Under the pieces are notes generated by a model, which worked only from the letters and a program-made list of their open reading frames with translations, ran no database searches and had not been told where the DNA came from. A stretch of DNA of 64,000 nucleotides from Spirochaetaceae bacterium (GTDB lineage: Bacteria; Spirochaetota; Spirochaetia; DSM-2461): positions 1 through 64,000 of the forward strand of contig JAOPTT010000008.1 of assembly GCA_051531975.1 (NCBI GenBank), in the 5' to 3' direction. This document shows positions 11,901-22,200 of this stretch, in pieces. Every line of letters begins with the position of its first letter. Within the stretch, counting starts at the first letter, position 1. The translations under genes were made by a program, and so were the position numbers.

Positions 11901-11902
11901 AT
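5939..11902 (-). CDS. Large secreted multi-Ig-like-domain protein with predicted C-terminal outer-membrane beta-barrel
   Basis: Signal peptide; repeated P..I..P/G.A.D.D/W.Y/A.D..GN units; last ~150 aa are amphipathic beta strands ending in Phe (IGIGSRFTLF). Confidence 0.75.
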   Translation of the reverse strand: MRFLMKKVFCICIMAIISPIYLYSLGQTEESDYKQVSGKENWEYEVPIGEKEPGQYNLLIRAKDKANNETFAGPFDIFIDPESDLPIVSITNPTSFMRVGGVLNIVGTARDDDAIDKVLLKLNDGDYFEASGKEFWSYSFESDILFDGQHTITSKAIDINGLEGHETVVIYNQDTQKPKNSIDNYKNGAIFTNKVTILGTVLDANDIRGLEVSIDDQVTYNKVKLTKDKIEEFYTFEMDIDTRKLPDGANIYWFKSEDKTGSVAFTPFLFFVDNIGPEIFIIDPLDEEMLNGTVTVSGKITDRIGVNSFKYIYGDEIVDINLSQGNPYWSFDINILNEKKKEAKLLFISEDTSGNITELDYSIKIDNELDKPILTLLSPINLEVLKESLLIEGSILDDDKIDGLIVTIDKEESTFIRTFNSFSKTIDGLSSGKHILNISAKDSDGVIGDKQTIEFEIDSYDPILSLNSIKYSENENENVFYPGYTVSTDGNYELLGSIAAGNPITTLKYKIENSEFIDIPFTKLNSTTATFSLPIDSSFHYGVLNFTIVVIDKYGNENSVKSELYVKNYSKVNSEWGISYVSIPTDGDILLTSDTSFNLFFKGPPIKKITMSPKSDIVNISNSGDLITINAKEEGSVDVIKFKVETDKGSFETREFNFYTDNSAPELILNSPEQGSIQSSVIKFQGTINEEFLKSLEYRFSTQSDFTNINWTGSGIEKSFSTTLDIPLTEEESISIEIKATDLSGKKSTITRSILIKENNYIETLTSEEISNNSGKTSDKPKLFINLPLSNGIIFTEPILSGFARDDDKIKEIIITEAVEGGKSFSTDTDGLFDIPLTTFGRGKKVVNVVALDINGIKSNVKKISYTYDPNRPVVKIDSYTESGKTTNYTLGAMISSEIDTIINGSITGDISGNVTYSFNDSEYKKVTLEGSQFSIPLNKELNWGENSLSIKFTDKYNREININSFFYIVDKINTSDIRDDDGIYILDDRIKDDYIDLSSKQILNGLFKGRKIDSIKLEAEKGTVPGFIEVSNSNNIITIKSLKNGISNNIRVVITTIDGDVYNSAYLKFLSDDTNPELSVNVIDNTYIKDKFILDGIIKDDLKVGKLSYSLNRGLTWIDLELIEPIVPVKKEKYTKTNSIDFKKEKKEDAKEFIFHEEIDFINRPDSGYTIWIKATDFNGNEVNQKYSFVKDNTNPELNLFIPGIDEINGIISLIGKTSDNIELESVTYSKDGIEFTKVGNKKIFKFDLDFGIDEVFPETFVIRSTDKSGNYTDIFPVLNINREKDKPTVQIQTPIDGEVIRNDFVISGMAFDDDGVDSIYYALDGGELVPVAQNENNFSINIPLDSVDNNEHIITIKAVDILGVESDIKNSSFWISKKEPTSTLLLPYIDETKRGSIKLVGTSFDENGIDSVYISTDNGVSYQKALGQDEWNYTFNTNNIKDGTYSVFVKAIDNLETVGFYSTLINVDNTPPEIIINEPKDGEILSDEITFSGRSMDNVMLKDVMYKIYSHSLKVKDSIVVSEGKLDTTGIFNIKIPLIGFDSGDYNIELIAYDQADNRSISTRNFSVTESDKAGDIELLFPQSGSTHTSMFNVSGKVSGRKNLDFVELYLDNELFSEIKVDEFMYFNLKIDTLNLEEGQHNIYIKGTVEDGTIYETPEYEFHIQNSGPWVNIINMYTGKNISDRPYLSGDAGYIQPENENILPEDLLPENISPQLVEISLDNGQIFLPADGAAEWSFRIETWQYDDGLTPVLVRCTYSNGETKTSKIVVNIDRSKPEISVLEDLDQGKFNESIKISGIASDANGLTDISVILRDGNKSKYEIPSLFQGMFIDVETGFGKLYGVGLGLTFFDDNVKLQFTLGETRVDEEDDEDARITGLYYGGELLANIYTLELGGLLGPDFDPYSMSLGIGACFTNKTLSISGEDTTMWFSSIIGQVEVFKMKFDNPYISSSSIYIEVEATLISSENSGGFYPRIGIGSRFTLF

Positions 11903-11952
11903 CCTAACTTTTTAGTATCAAAATACTTGATATATTTGTCACTTTTAATATA

Positions 11953-11985
11953 TAAATTATCGGTATTATTATTTTATTTATTACT
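11953..11985 (-). promoter_or_regulatory. Sigma28 (FliA)-like promoter of the 1987-aa gene
   Basis: Minus strand AG-TAATAAAT-N11-ACCGATAA-TTTA; 29/33 identical to 24330-24362. Confidence 0.65.
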
Positions 11986-13252
11986 ACTTGATTTTCTTCA
12001 ACCGTATATCTTCTAGTTTTTCAAGAATTACTTTAATATCTTGTTCAGAATTAATCTTAAACAGTGACGATATTGAAGACTTTAAAACAATGTGCAATTT
12101 TTTATTATTATTTCTTTCAAATGATGGTATGAGTTTATCTGCACCTTCTATCTGCTTATATGCTTCATCTAAGTCTGGATTATTATATTTTTTAAGAATC
12201 CTCTCATTTACTGGATAAAATTGTGTATATTCCTTAATAATCAGTTGGGAACTGTTAGATAATGAATATTTTAAAAATTCTGTAACAGCATCAATATTAT
12301 CAGTATTAGAATTTACAAAATATCCAGAACTAGTTACAACTTCCTGGTATTCTTTTCCTAGTTCAGAGTTAGGAAATGCAAACCAGCCAAGTTTATCTTT
12401 CAATTCCCTAGAAGCTTTTTCATAATAAAATGTACTACCTAAAACCATTGCTGTAGACTCGTTACCTAGTGTATCAAGCATTGAAGTCCATTCATAATTA
12501 TCATAGTCAATTTTAAAATAATTAGACTTTATCATTCTATAAATTTCTTTATATACCTTAAGAACTCTAGTATCAGTGAAATCTATATAACCATTTAATA
12601 GATCTGAATGAAAGCTTGAACCATTATATCTAAGATTTATATAATCGAACCATGCGGTTAAAGGCCATTGTAATTTTTGTACCATAGAATATGGAGTTAC
12701 ACCATTTTCTAATAATAATTGGTTTATTTTTTCCAGATCATCCAATGTTTTAGGTTCTTCTAAACCAAACTTTCTAAAAATATCTTTATTATAATACATA
12801 CCCCAAGGAGACCATGTAATTGGGACATAAAAATATCTATTACTGTAATTTGAAAAACTATATAAAGAATCAGGGATGGAATCTGAAATATTAGTTTTAA
12901 ACAGATGACTATTACCTGATTCTCTAACACTACTAAACAACTGAGAACTATAAACACCATAAAAAATATCAGTTGATGAGTCTGCATTTAAATTTTTAGT
13001 GATAAAATCTAAATAATTTTCTTTAGTGTTTATTACTAATCTACCAGTTACATCATTACCATTACAAAATATATTTAATATATAATCGTTAAATAGATTA
13101 ACGTTATTTTGTCCTTGATCTATAACTAAAGTTAACTCTCCAGATAACTTTTTAGTCTTCTTATTACTAAAAACTGTCAATATAACAATTAACACTATAA
13201 CTATAGCAGATGAAATCAGTATAAGAACTTTTCTATTTAATACTCTACTCAT
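11984..13252 (-). CDS. Extracellular solute-binding protein (carbohydrate ABC type)
   Basis: YYVP-like/GMYYNKDIFRKFGLEEPKTLDDL motif typical of sugar SBPs; N-terminal TM anchor. Confidence 0.8.
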   Translation of the reverse strand: MSRVLNRKVLILISSAIVIVLIVILTVFSNKKTKKLSGELTLVIDQGQNNVNLFNDYILNIFCNGNDVTGRLVINTKENYLDFITKNLNADSSTDIFYGVYSSQLFSSVRESGNSHLFKTNISDSIPDSLYSFSNYSNRYFYVPITWSPWGMYYNKDIFRKFGLEEPKTLDDLEKINQLLLENGVTPYSMVQKLQWPLTAWFDYINLRYNGSSFHSDLLNGYIDFTDTRVLKVYKEIYRMIKSNYFKIDYDNYEWTSMLDTLGNESTAMVLGSTFYYEKASRELKDKLGWFAFPNSELGKEYQEVVTSSGYFVNSNTDNIDAVTEFLKYSLSNSSQLIIKEYTQFYPVNERILKKYNNPDLDEAYKQIEGADKLIPSFERNNNKKLHIVLKSSISSLFKINSEQDIKVILEKLEDIRLKKIK

Positions 13253-13254
13253 GA

Positions 13255-16200
13255 TTAAGGTACATAATATGCAATTCTATAATAATCACTAGATGCATAA
13301 CCTATTGCTTTATCCCAAAAGTTTGTTCCAGTATCAGATTCAATACTTGTTCTAATACTATCTACTTCATACAACAATGGTAAGTTTTGAGTTTCCCAAA
13401 CAGTATCTGGGCTACCATCATGATCAACATCAAATATTGTTTCTACTGTTGCAACTTTTAAACCATCAAAAGTATTTACCCTAGATGAATCTAGATATGA
13501 AATAATAGGTGTTGTTCCCTCTAATGTAATGTCGGCCCACATCCCAACAGATCCTATTTCATCTAATACAACTTCATCGACATCAGTATCAACATCAACT
13601 CCATCAAAGACATATGCTGCTGAACCATCTGTAGGGTTATTAATAGATTTTAAATATATTAAGTCCCCTGTACTTGTTTTGTAATATACTAAATGAATAT
13701 ATCCTGCACTGTCTATTTTCATTGAAACATATTTACCAGTGTAACTTCCATCCAGTGTAATATCTTGAATAAACCAATTAGTTTCATCTGGAGTTGCGCT
13801 ATTTGATCGAGCTAATTTTAACTTTTGATTTTCTACATCATAATATGAGATTACTGGGAAACCATCTGTTGGAGTAACATCAATAGAACTAAATAGACCT
13901 GTATTATTTCCCACAGTTCTACTACCTGTACCACCTACAACCCTAGTTCCATCATCAGCATCATAATATCCATCTATATTTATCCATGTTATTTGTTCAC
14001 CTGTAGTTCCACTTGTCATTAATTTTCTATCATACTTTAAAGAATCTGACTGTGTATCGTAATATACTATGTGGGAAGTAGTTCCATTTGTAACTATTCT
14101 TTGATTAATAAATTGCATTAACATTTCATTATGAAATAACTCTTCCATTGCATATGTTCTATCATTTGTTTCGTCCCACAATTCTACTCCACCTGCACCC
14201 CATGTTGTCCACGAGTTATTACCGTAAGTATTTGCATTATATACAATTGCGACATCATTACCAAAACTTATATCAGTGTGTTCTGCAGGGTCATATGAAC
14301 TAAAAACCTGAGTTGTATTATTATTATTATTACTATTCATAAGTACATCTGCAAGGGCATAATTAGACCATGCTCCATATAGGATTCCAGTATTATCAAT
14401 AGTCATAGATGGATGTATAGGATCCTGACTACCAGTGAAATAACCTCTGTTATTACCTGTTGATGTACTATTTGACTGCCAAATATGGATATATCTATCA
14501 TCTGTCCACAGAGATGTTCCATCTATATATTGGTTTGATTCTACATTGGTAATTGAATTATTATTATTGGAGTTGTTTATTGAAGATATACTATTCACTG
14601 TTACTACAAGATATCCACTTGTTGCTGCTGCAGGTATATTTGTAATAATATCTAAACTACTAACACTAGTAACTGTTGCTGTACCACCTACTGTTATTGA
14701 TCCAAATGATGTTCCATCACTCAAGTTGTAACCTGAAATAATTACACCTGTTTCTTCTAATCTGATAGGGTAGAAACCAAGTTTTGATCTATTTGTATTA
14801 AAACCATTCCTATTTATTTCAGTAATATAGGGTACAACATCAAATTGATCTACATCGGTAACTGTATGGGCTGGAACAAAGTCATTTACAGTAAATGTAA
14901 CTACTCTATTTTCATTTGCAATATCAGTAATAGTTGCTGTATCCCAATCATAAGTAAAGTTTACAGTATGTCCATCTTGCCAATGTAACTCCTGGTTTGT
15001 AATAGTCATATTGGCATCTACAGCTTCAAATAGACCATCAACCCACTGAGCTAATACAATATCGACTTCGTCTGTAATACTTAATATAATTTCTTTAACC
15101 CTACCGTCATCAATGGCTTCACCAGTAAATTGGAATTTACCACTAATATCAAGGTCGTTAGTATCTGTTGCAGTACCAGAAGTCCAGTCTCCAATATCAT
15201 AATGACCAAGAGTAACTGAAGCGGAGTTTAAATTATCAACTTCTATAGTTGGAGGTGTAACATCAGGTCCTTTCATTTCAGCGTTTAAAGTCTTAGTAAG
15301 TTTAAGTTCAGCATTATCATAAACTTTTATTGTAAAGATCACTTCTCCAACAGGATACAGTGCTGTATTAATTGTTGTCTTTGTTATTCCAGAATTAGTT
15401 GCGGTACTATTTGTCCCTGCATTTGTATCTGTTACAACAATATTATAACCTGCTTTTGTACCATCAAACAGTTCGATGTAAAGTAGTCCATTTCTAGCTT
15501 GGAAAGATTGAGGATAAGCCATCTTCTCTTCTTCATCTATTGTTCCACTTTCATCAAGGTCTGACCCAACTATTAACATTATTTCTACATAGTGGTTAGC
15601 ATTTCCTGCATTATCGTAAATTACATAGTGTAATTCTACAGCGGCAGCATCAGTATCAATAGAACTAGAATCAAATATAGCTGACCAGTTATAAGTATTT
15701 GATGACTTACTAATATACTCATCGTAGCCATCACCATCTCCATTTCCACCAGCATCATCGCCAAACTCAATTAAACTATCTATTGTAATTATATCTTTAT
15801 CTAGGTTTGGATATGGAACTGCCCCACTACCATCATTAAAATCTATTGGTGTTGAAGTACTAGCAATTCCAGTTTGTGGATCTATAACAGTTCCATCTTG
15901 GGAAATATAAACTTCAACTTTATCAAAACTACTAACTAATCCAGTATCTTGGAATGTTCCAGAAACCTCAGTTAACTGTTCTGGACCTGCTCCGCCGGAT
16001 ATACCAATTTCATCAACTCGTCCTGTATAAGTTCCAACAGGTAATATGTTATCTACGTTTAGTTGTAAACTCATAAATGACTGGTATCCAGTATTATCTG
16101 TAACTTTAAGTCTAACATTTATAATATCAGAGCTATTATCGTAACCTAAACCACCTGCACCAGAATTTTTACTAATATCAATTGAATATGTTTCTAAAAT

Positions 16201-19200
16201 TGTAGATATTTCATCCCATAAATAAGCTGGCTCATATATTACACCACCATCGTAACTGATCTCTATTTTAGTTATTCCACCGTCTATATCTTCAATATCA
16301 CCAACTAGCTCAATATTACCACTAACATCAAATAAATTAGCATCGTAATTACCGTCGACATCTTTTAATCCAAAATTTGTAATTTCAGGGAATGTACTAT
16401 CTATATCTATATTACGAGTAACCAATAAACTCTCTACACCTTTAATATCAATAGCTTTAAACTGAACATTAATTTCACCAGTAGCTGGAACAACAATTCC
16501 ATTATTTTCAATAATTGATATAACAGTTTTATCAGTATATAAAAGACCAGCACTATTTATCTCTTGTTTCCATACACTATTAGTAAAATCAGAAATCTCA
16601 TTCCATGTGCTTTCATCATCAAACATATGAATAGTAGTATCAGCATCTCCATCTAAATCATATGTATCTAGATAATCGGTATCGCCATTAACATCAACTC
16701 TAACATAAACTTTATCTACTGCTTCATTATCAGTTGCTGTACCTATCATTAAAATAGAACCACCAAGTTTAGCTGCATCTTCAGGTGTATTAACACTAAT
16801 AGTTGGTTTGTCTAAATCTGGGCTGATATAAAAATAATAATCTGAAATTAAACTTTCGTTTCCAGCTGCATCAATAGCTTTGACTTGAACAGGATATTTA
16901 AATGTTCCATCACCTTGTTCAACACCATCTTCATAAATTGAAGGAGATACTGTATTTATAGTTTTACTCCAGTTATATGTACCATCTAAGAGTTCCCATT
17001 CTAGAGAAGCATCTTCATTTATATCACCTAAAAATATTTGGATGCTATCCATTTTTTCTTCGGTAGTTATACCTCTAATTGTAACTGAACCTGTTACAAC
17101 TGCACCTAATGTTGGATACTGAATATCAATTACTGGTAGTACTGTATCAACTGTAACTGTTTTTTCTACAGTTTTAATATTACCAACTGTATCTGTAGCT
17201 TCATAGATTATAGAGATAGCACTGTTTTCATAGTTATCTGGTAATCTTTCAAGGGCAAACTCCCAGTCCCAACTTTTATTATCTGAAGTATGGCTATATT
17301 CTGAAGATTTTGCATCAAAAAAGTCTGTTCCTACAAAACCGTCTATTTTAAGATTTGAATCAGTAACATCGTATTCAGGATCAGTAGTATCTACGGAAAT
17401 CATCTCTTCTGATACAGTTGAAGATTTAGCAGTTATAGTAAACTTTTTAATAGATAAGTTATCTGTAGCTGTACCATATGCGATTATAGTTCCATTTACA
17501 TATGCTCCTTGATGTTCAATATCTACATCTAAGGTATCTTTCAACTTAGCATCAATTACTGGGTAAGATGTATCTTTAATTATTATAGATTTATAGCTAG
17601 TAGATGTAGTAACAGCAGCACCATAACCTGAGTCTTTAATATCTGTTGCATTAATTTCTGTTAAATAAATACCATCTGTTTCTACATCAAATCCATAACT
17701 CCATTTTACACTGGTAGAATCTGATCCTTCTGGAACAACAATAACATCTGTTCCATTAACCATAAGAGTTATTTCATCGGCATCTATTTTATCATCATCT
17801 TCTGCATAACCACTTAATTTATCGTTAGCGGTAATATATTTAACAATTTGACCTGTTGTACTATCAGAACCTCTTAAACCAATATAATGTGCAATATCAG
17901 CTGGTGGAGTATCATAAACAACAATAACTTCAACTTCTTCTAAATCATCTGTATCTGTACTAGTATCATCGAAATCTGATAAATCTAAATACCAATATAA
18001 ACTTATAGTTCCATCTCCAGAAATTATTACAGGTGTATAGGTTACAGAATCAATTTCTAGGGTTAAATCTGATGCATTTAAGTTTGTGGCACTATTTGTT
18101 ACACCAAAGATAACATTATTATTATCAGCATGGCTTAATAAGTATGTATCAGCAGTTGCTAATGCAACCCCACTATTTAAGTTCATACTATTAACATCAG
18201 TTAATTCTGGAATATCTTTTGATTGATCTATAACAAGATCTATTGATGATGAAACTGTGGCACTAATATTATCATTAATATCTGCTGCTTCAATTTTAAT
18301 TGTTTTTGTACCGGATGTTACACCAGTAGTATCTAATTTATAATTCCAACTATAAAGTGAAGAACCAACTTCAAAGTCATTATTTGAATCATCTAATGTG
18401 GCTAATAACGTTATTCCATCATATAATTTAATAGATTTTAGGTTTGAATCTGATGTAGTACCTTTAATATTAATTATACCATTTATATCCGTTAATACTT
18501 CTGGTGATATATATTCAACTACTGGTAGATCTTGATCTTTTAGAATTGAGATATCACTAGTACTCTCTTTACCAAATTGATCTGTTGCAAGCAATGTAAA
18601 CTTTGTAACACCATTAGGCAGAGTATCGATATCAATATCTGTAGAATAATTATCCCCAGATTTAACTAAAACTATACCACTAGCTGGAGAAACTCCAGTA
18701 TATGTAATAACAGCATTTTCTATTAATGAATCGTCAACTATATCTGCACTTATATTTAGAAATCCAGTTGAAGCACTGTTTATATAGTTTTGACTGTTAT
18801 TATCTTCTATTGTAAAAGTAGATATTGTTGGATTATCTCTATCAATTACAAAAGTTTCTTTACGAATATGATCAATATGATTTCCATTTATATCTTCTGC
18901 TTTAATATGTAGATCCCTAACACCAAAAAAGCCATCTATAGTATTGGATACTGTATCTGGAATAGTATAATTCCACTGAACAGAACTACTGTCTGTTGTT
19001 AAACTTAGATCTACCCAGTCTGATATTATTGGTTCTACATCTGGTTCTGTTATTGCAACTGTTATTGTTGCTGCACTTACTCCGTCATCATCAGAAATAG
19101 TACCTTTTATTAGTTGTCCAGGGAATACGTTAAGAGTTGTTGCTACAGAATCTTTGCTTATGTTATCTAAGGATATTACTGGAATATCTGTTCCAGCGTT

Positions 19201-22200
19201 AATAATATAGGATTGGGATTCTGTAGTTGAAACATTACCAGCTAAATCTGTAATAGTAATGTCTGCATCAAATTCCCATAGGTTTGTAATAGAAATATAT
19301 TCAGCTCCATTAAAATAATAATAAGCTAAAGGTGCTGTTGTTTTATAATAACCAATGCTAGTTAATGTCATGTCATCTAAAGTAGCTTGTACTTCATCGT
19401 AACTATAAGAAGTTATTATATCTGTTGAATAATCAGAGTCACTAAAACTTGTAATATCCATATCTGTTAGCGCCCAACTACCTTCAGAATAGATAGCCGT
19501 ACCAACAGTGTTATTTAATCCAAGTGATATATTAACAGAAGAAACTCCTGGTGTTCTATTTTCAGTTATAGTTCCAGACATTGAAAGAAGTTGATTAATA
19601 ACTTTTGAAGGACCTGACCCAGATGTTATTGTTAGTGAAGGCAGTGTTATATCTTTAATAATAGATGCTTGTGCGTTTAGAGTATTTAAGAACTCATCAT
19701 AACCTGTAAGTGTAATTACGGTTTCACCATCTGCTAATAGTGATAACAGAGTAGTTTGATTAGCCCCACTCAATACAAAACTTGTATTAGTTGATGTACC
19801 AGAATCTACAACTAAAGGCATAATCTGGGCTACTGAATTTTTATCTGTAAAGTTAATTGTAAATGAAGATGAATCAATACCATAATCGTCGGTAGCTGTT
19901 GCATTTACAGTTATCCCAGTTGCCAACGCACTACTAAATCCAGTATTACTATTATCACCTTCAATTGTAAACAGTGTAGTACTTGGACTTTCCCTATCTA
20001 TACCAAACTCTATTGGTTTTAATAAAGTATGAGATATGCCATTTGTATCCGTAGCTTTAATCCAAAGCTTTTTATCTCCAGAGTCACCTGTTCCACTATT
20101 TAGAATATCATAATACCAAGTTGCATTAGTACCTGATGCTGACGATGTAACATCTTGCCATGATACATCTCCAATATTTTCTGTTGATCTTGCAACTCCA
20201 ACTTTAATTGATGATAAATTTACACCATCATCTTCTAACACAGTTCCAGAGATTCTCTGATTTGGGAAATAATTTAATGAGTTACCCGGAACCATAGTTA
20301 AATTATCAAGTGTTAATACTGGTAAGTCTGATGCTTCATCTATTAATATTGTCTTTTTAGCAGTAATATCAGATTTATTACCTGAACTATCAGTTGCAAT
20401 ATAAACAATATCTAGAGCCCAAACATCACCATTTATATCACCTACAGGTAAGAACTCTGCACCATTAAATAGGTAGATATTATTAGAATCGTTAGTAACT
20501 GTATAATATGAATGAGTTATAGCATCTGCAACTGCTGGTTTGTCCGCAACTGTAATTGTAGTTAATGTACCATTTGCAACTGTTGAATTAGAAATATTGG
20601 CTAAAGTTGATAGATCAAGATCGGAAGTTAAGCTCCATGTAATATCATGATCTAGAGGAACTGAAGTTTCATTTTTACCAACTAAAACCTCTATATTACT
20701 TATACCACCAGCATCACTAGCATTTAGTTGGAAGTTTGTAGTTCCATTTAAAATTATATTATCTTCTAAATCTAAATTTATTACTGGAATAACAGTATCT
20801 TTAATTAGTATTAGGTTTTGAGTACTTTTTTTAGAGAAACCATCAGTTGCTGATATAATAAATGTAACTTCTCCATCTGGAATAAGGCTAAAGTCTGTTA
20901 ATTCAGCTGTAAAAATATGATTTACTACATCTGTCTCAGTTATTGTTATCAGATTTGAGTTATATGATAATTCAACTGTGTTATTAATAATTCCAGTATC
21001 GTCAGTTATTTCTGCTGAAAATGTTAAAGTTGCAGTTTCAGAATTAATGGAACTTAAACTATCGTCATTTAATATTGTAAAATCAGCAATTACAGGGTAA
21101 TACCAATCTGTAACTATAATATTATTTATATTATCAGCTGCTGCTGCAACTAAACCATTTTTATCATTTAAATCATCTATAGCTTTTACCCATAATGTTG
21201 TACTACCTACAACATTTGCTTCTAAAACCTGATAACTCCATGTTACAACCTTACCTGAACCAATAGTTTCCACATCGTACCAAGTAGTTCCACCGTCGGG
21301 GCTTGAACCATCAGTAAAGGATATTTTAATTGAATCAGGGTCAACTCCATCGTCGTCTGTTACTGTTCCACGAACTATATTCCCTGAGAATTTTCCAGCA
21401 TCTTCTCCAGTTAATTCTATGATAGGTTTATCTGCATCTTGATCAACAGTTAAAGTTATTTGATTTGATACTTCTATAGATGAACTATTACCAGCACCAT
21501 CAACAGAGACAACTGTAATTTTCATATCTCCAGCTGTAGGCACTGTATCTAATGTATTAACATTTTGAGACCAGGTTTTCCCAGCAGCTATTTCGATCCA
21601 ATCTACTGTTGTTAAGTCTGAGGTATCAGGTGTATCTGAAGTACTATAATATAGTTCTAATATTCCAGATAAGGCATCGTCTGCACTACCTTCAATAGTT
21701 ATTATTCCATTAAAATCAGTCCGAGTACTAGCATCCTGAGGTTCATTAATTACTATTGTTGGTCCAGTTTTATCTAATATATAATTTGTAGTTTTAACAG
21801 TTTTTTTATCATATGTATCTAGACTTTCAAGAACTATAGTTAAAGTTCCTTCGGCTAAAGCATTGTCTAAATTTTCAGTATAATCCCATGTATCATCAAC
21901 CTCGACAGTTATTGGATTATTAGCTGCTCCATTTATTGATATAGTTAATGATTGGATCCCTCCACCATCAGTTACAGAACCACTTAGGACAAAGTCGTCT
22001 TTAGCATATAAACCACCGGCATATGGGTCCACCGTTATTACTGGGAAGTCTGTATCGTAGGCAAAATATGCTTCAGAAGCTGGTGATATATATTCAACAC
22101 CATAAATATCTGTGGCTTTAACTTCGAAATAATATATTCCATTAGATAAACCTGTAAAATCGTGACTCCAACCAAATACAGATGAATCTGTTGAACTTTG

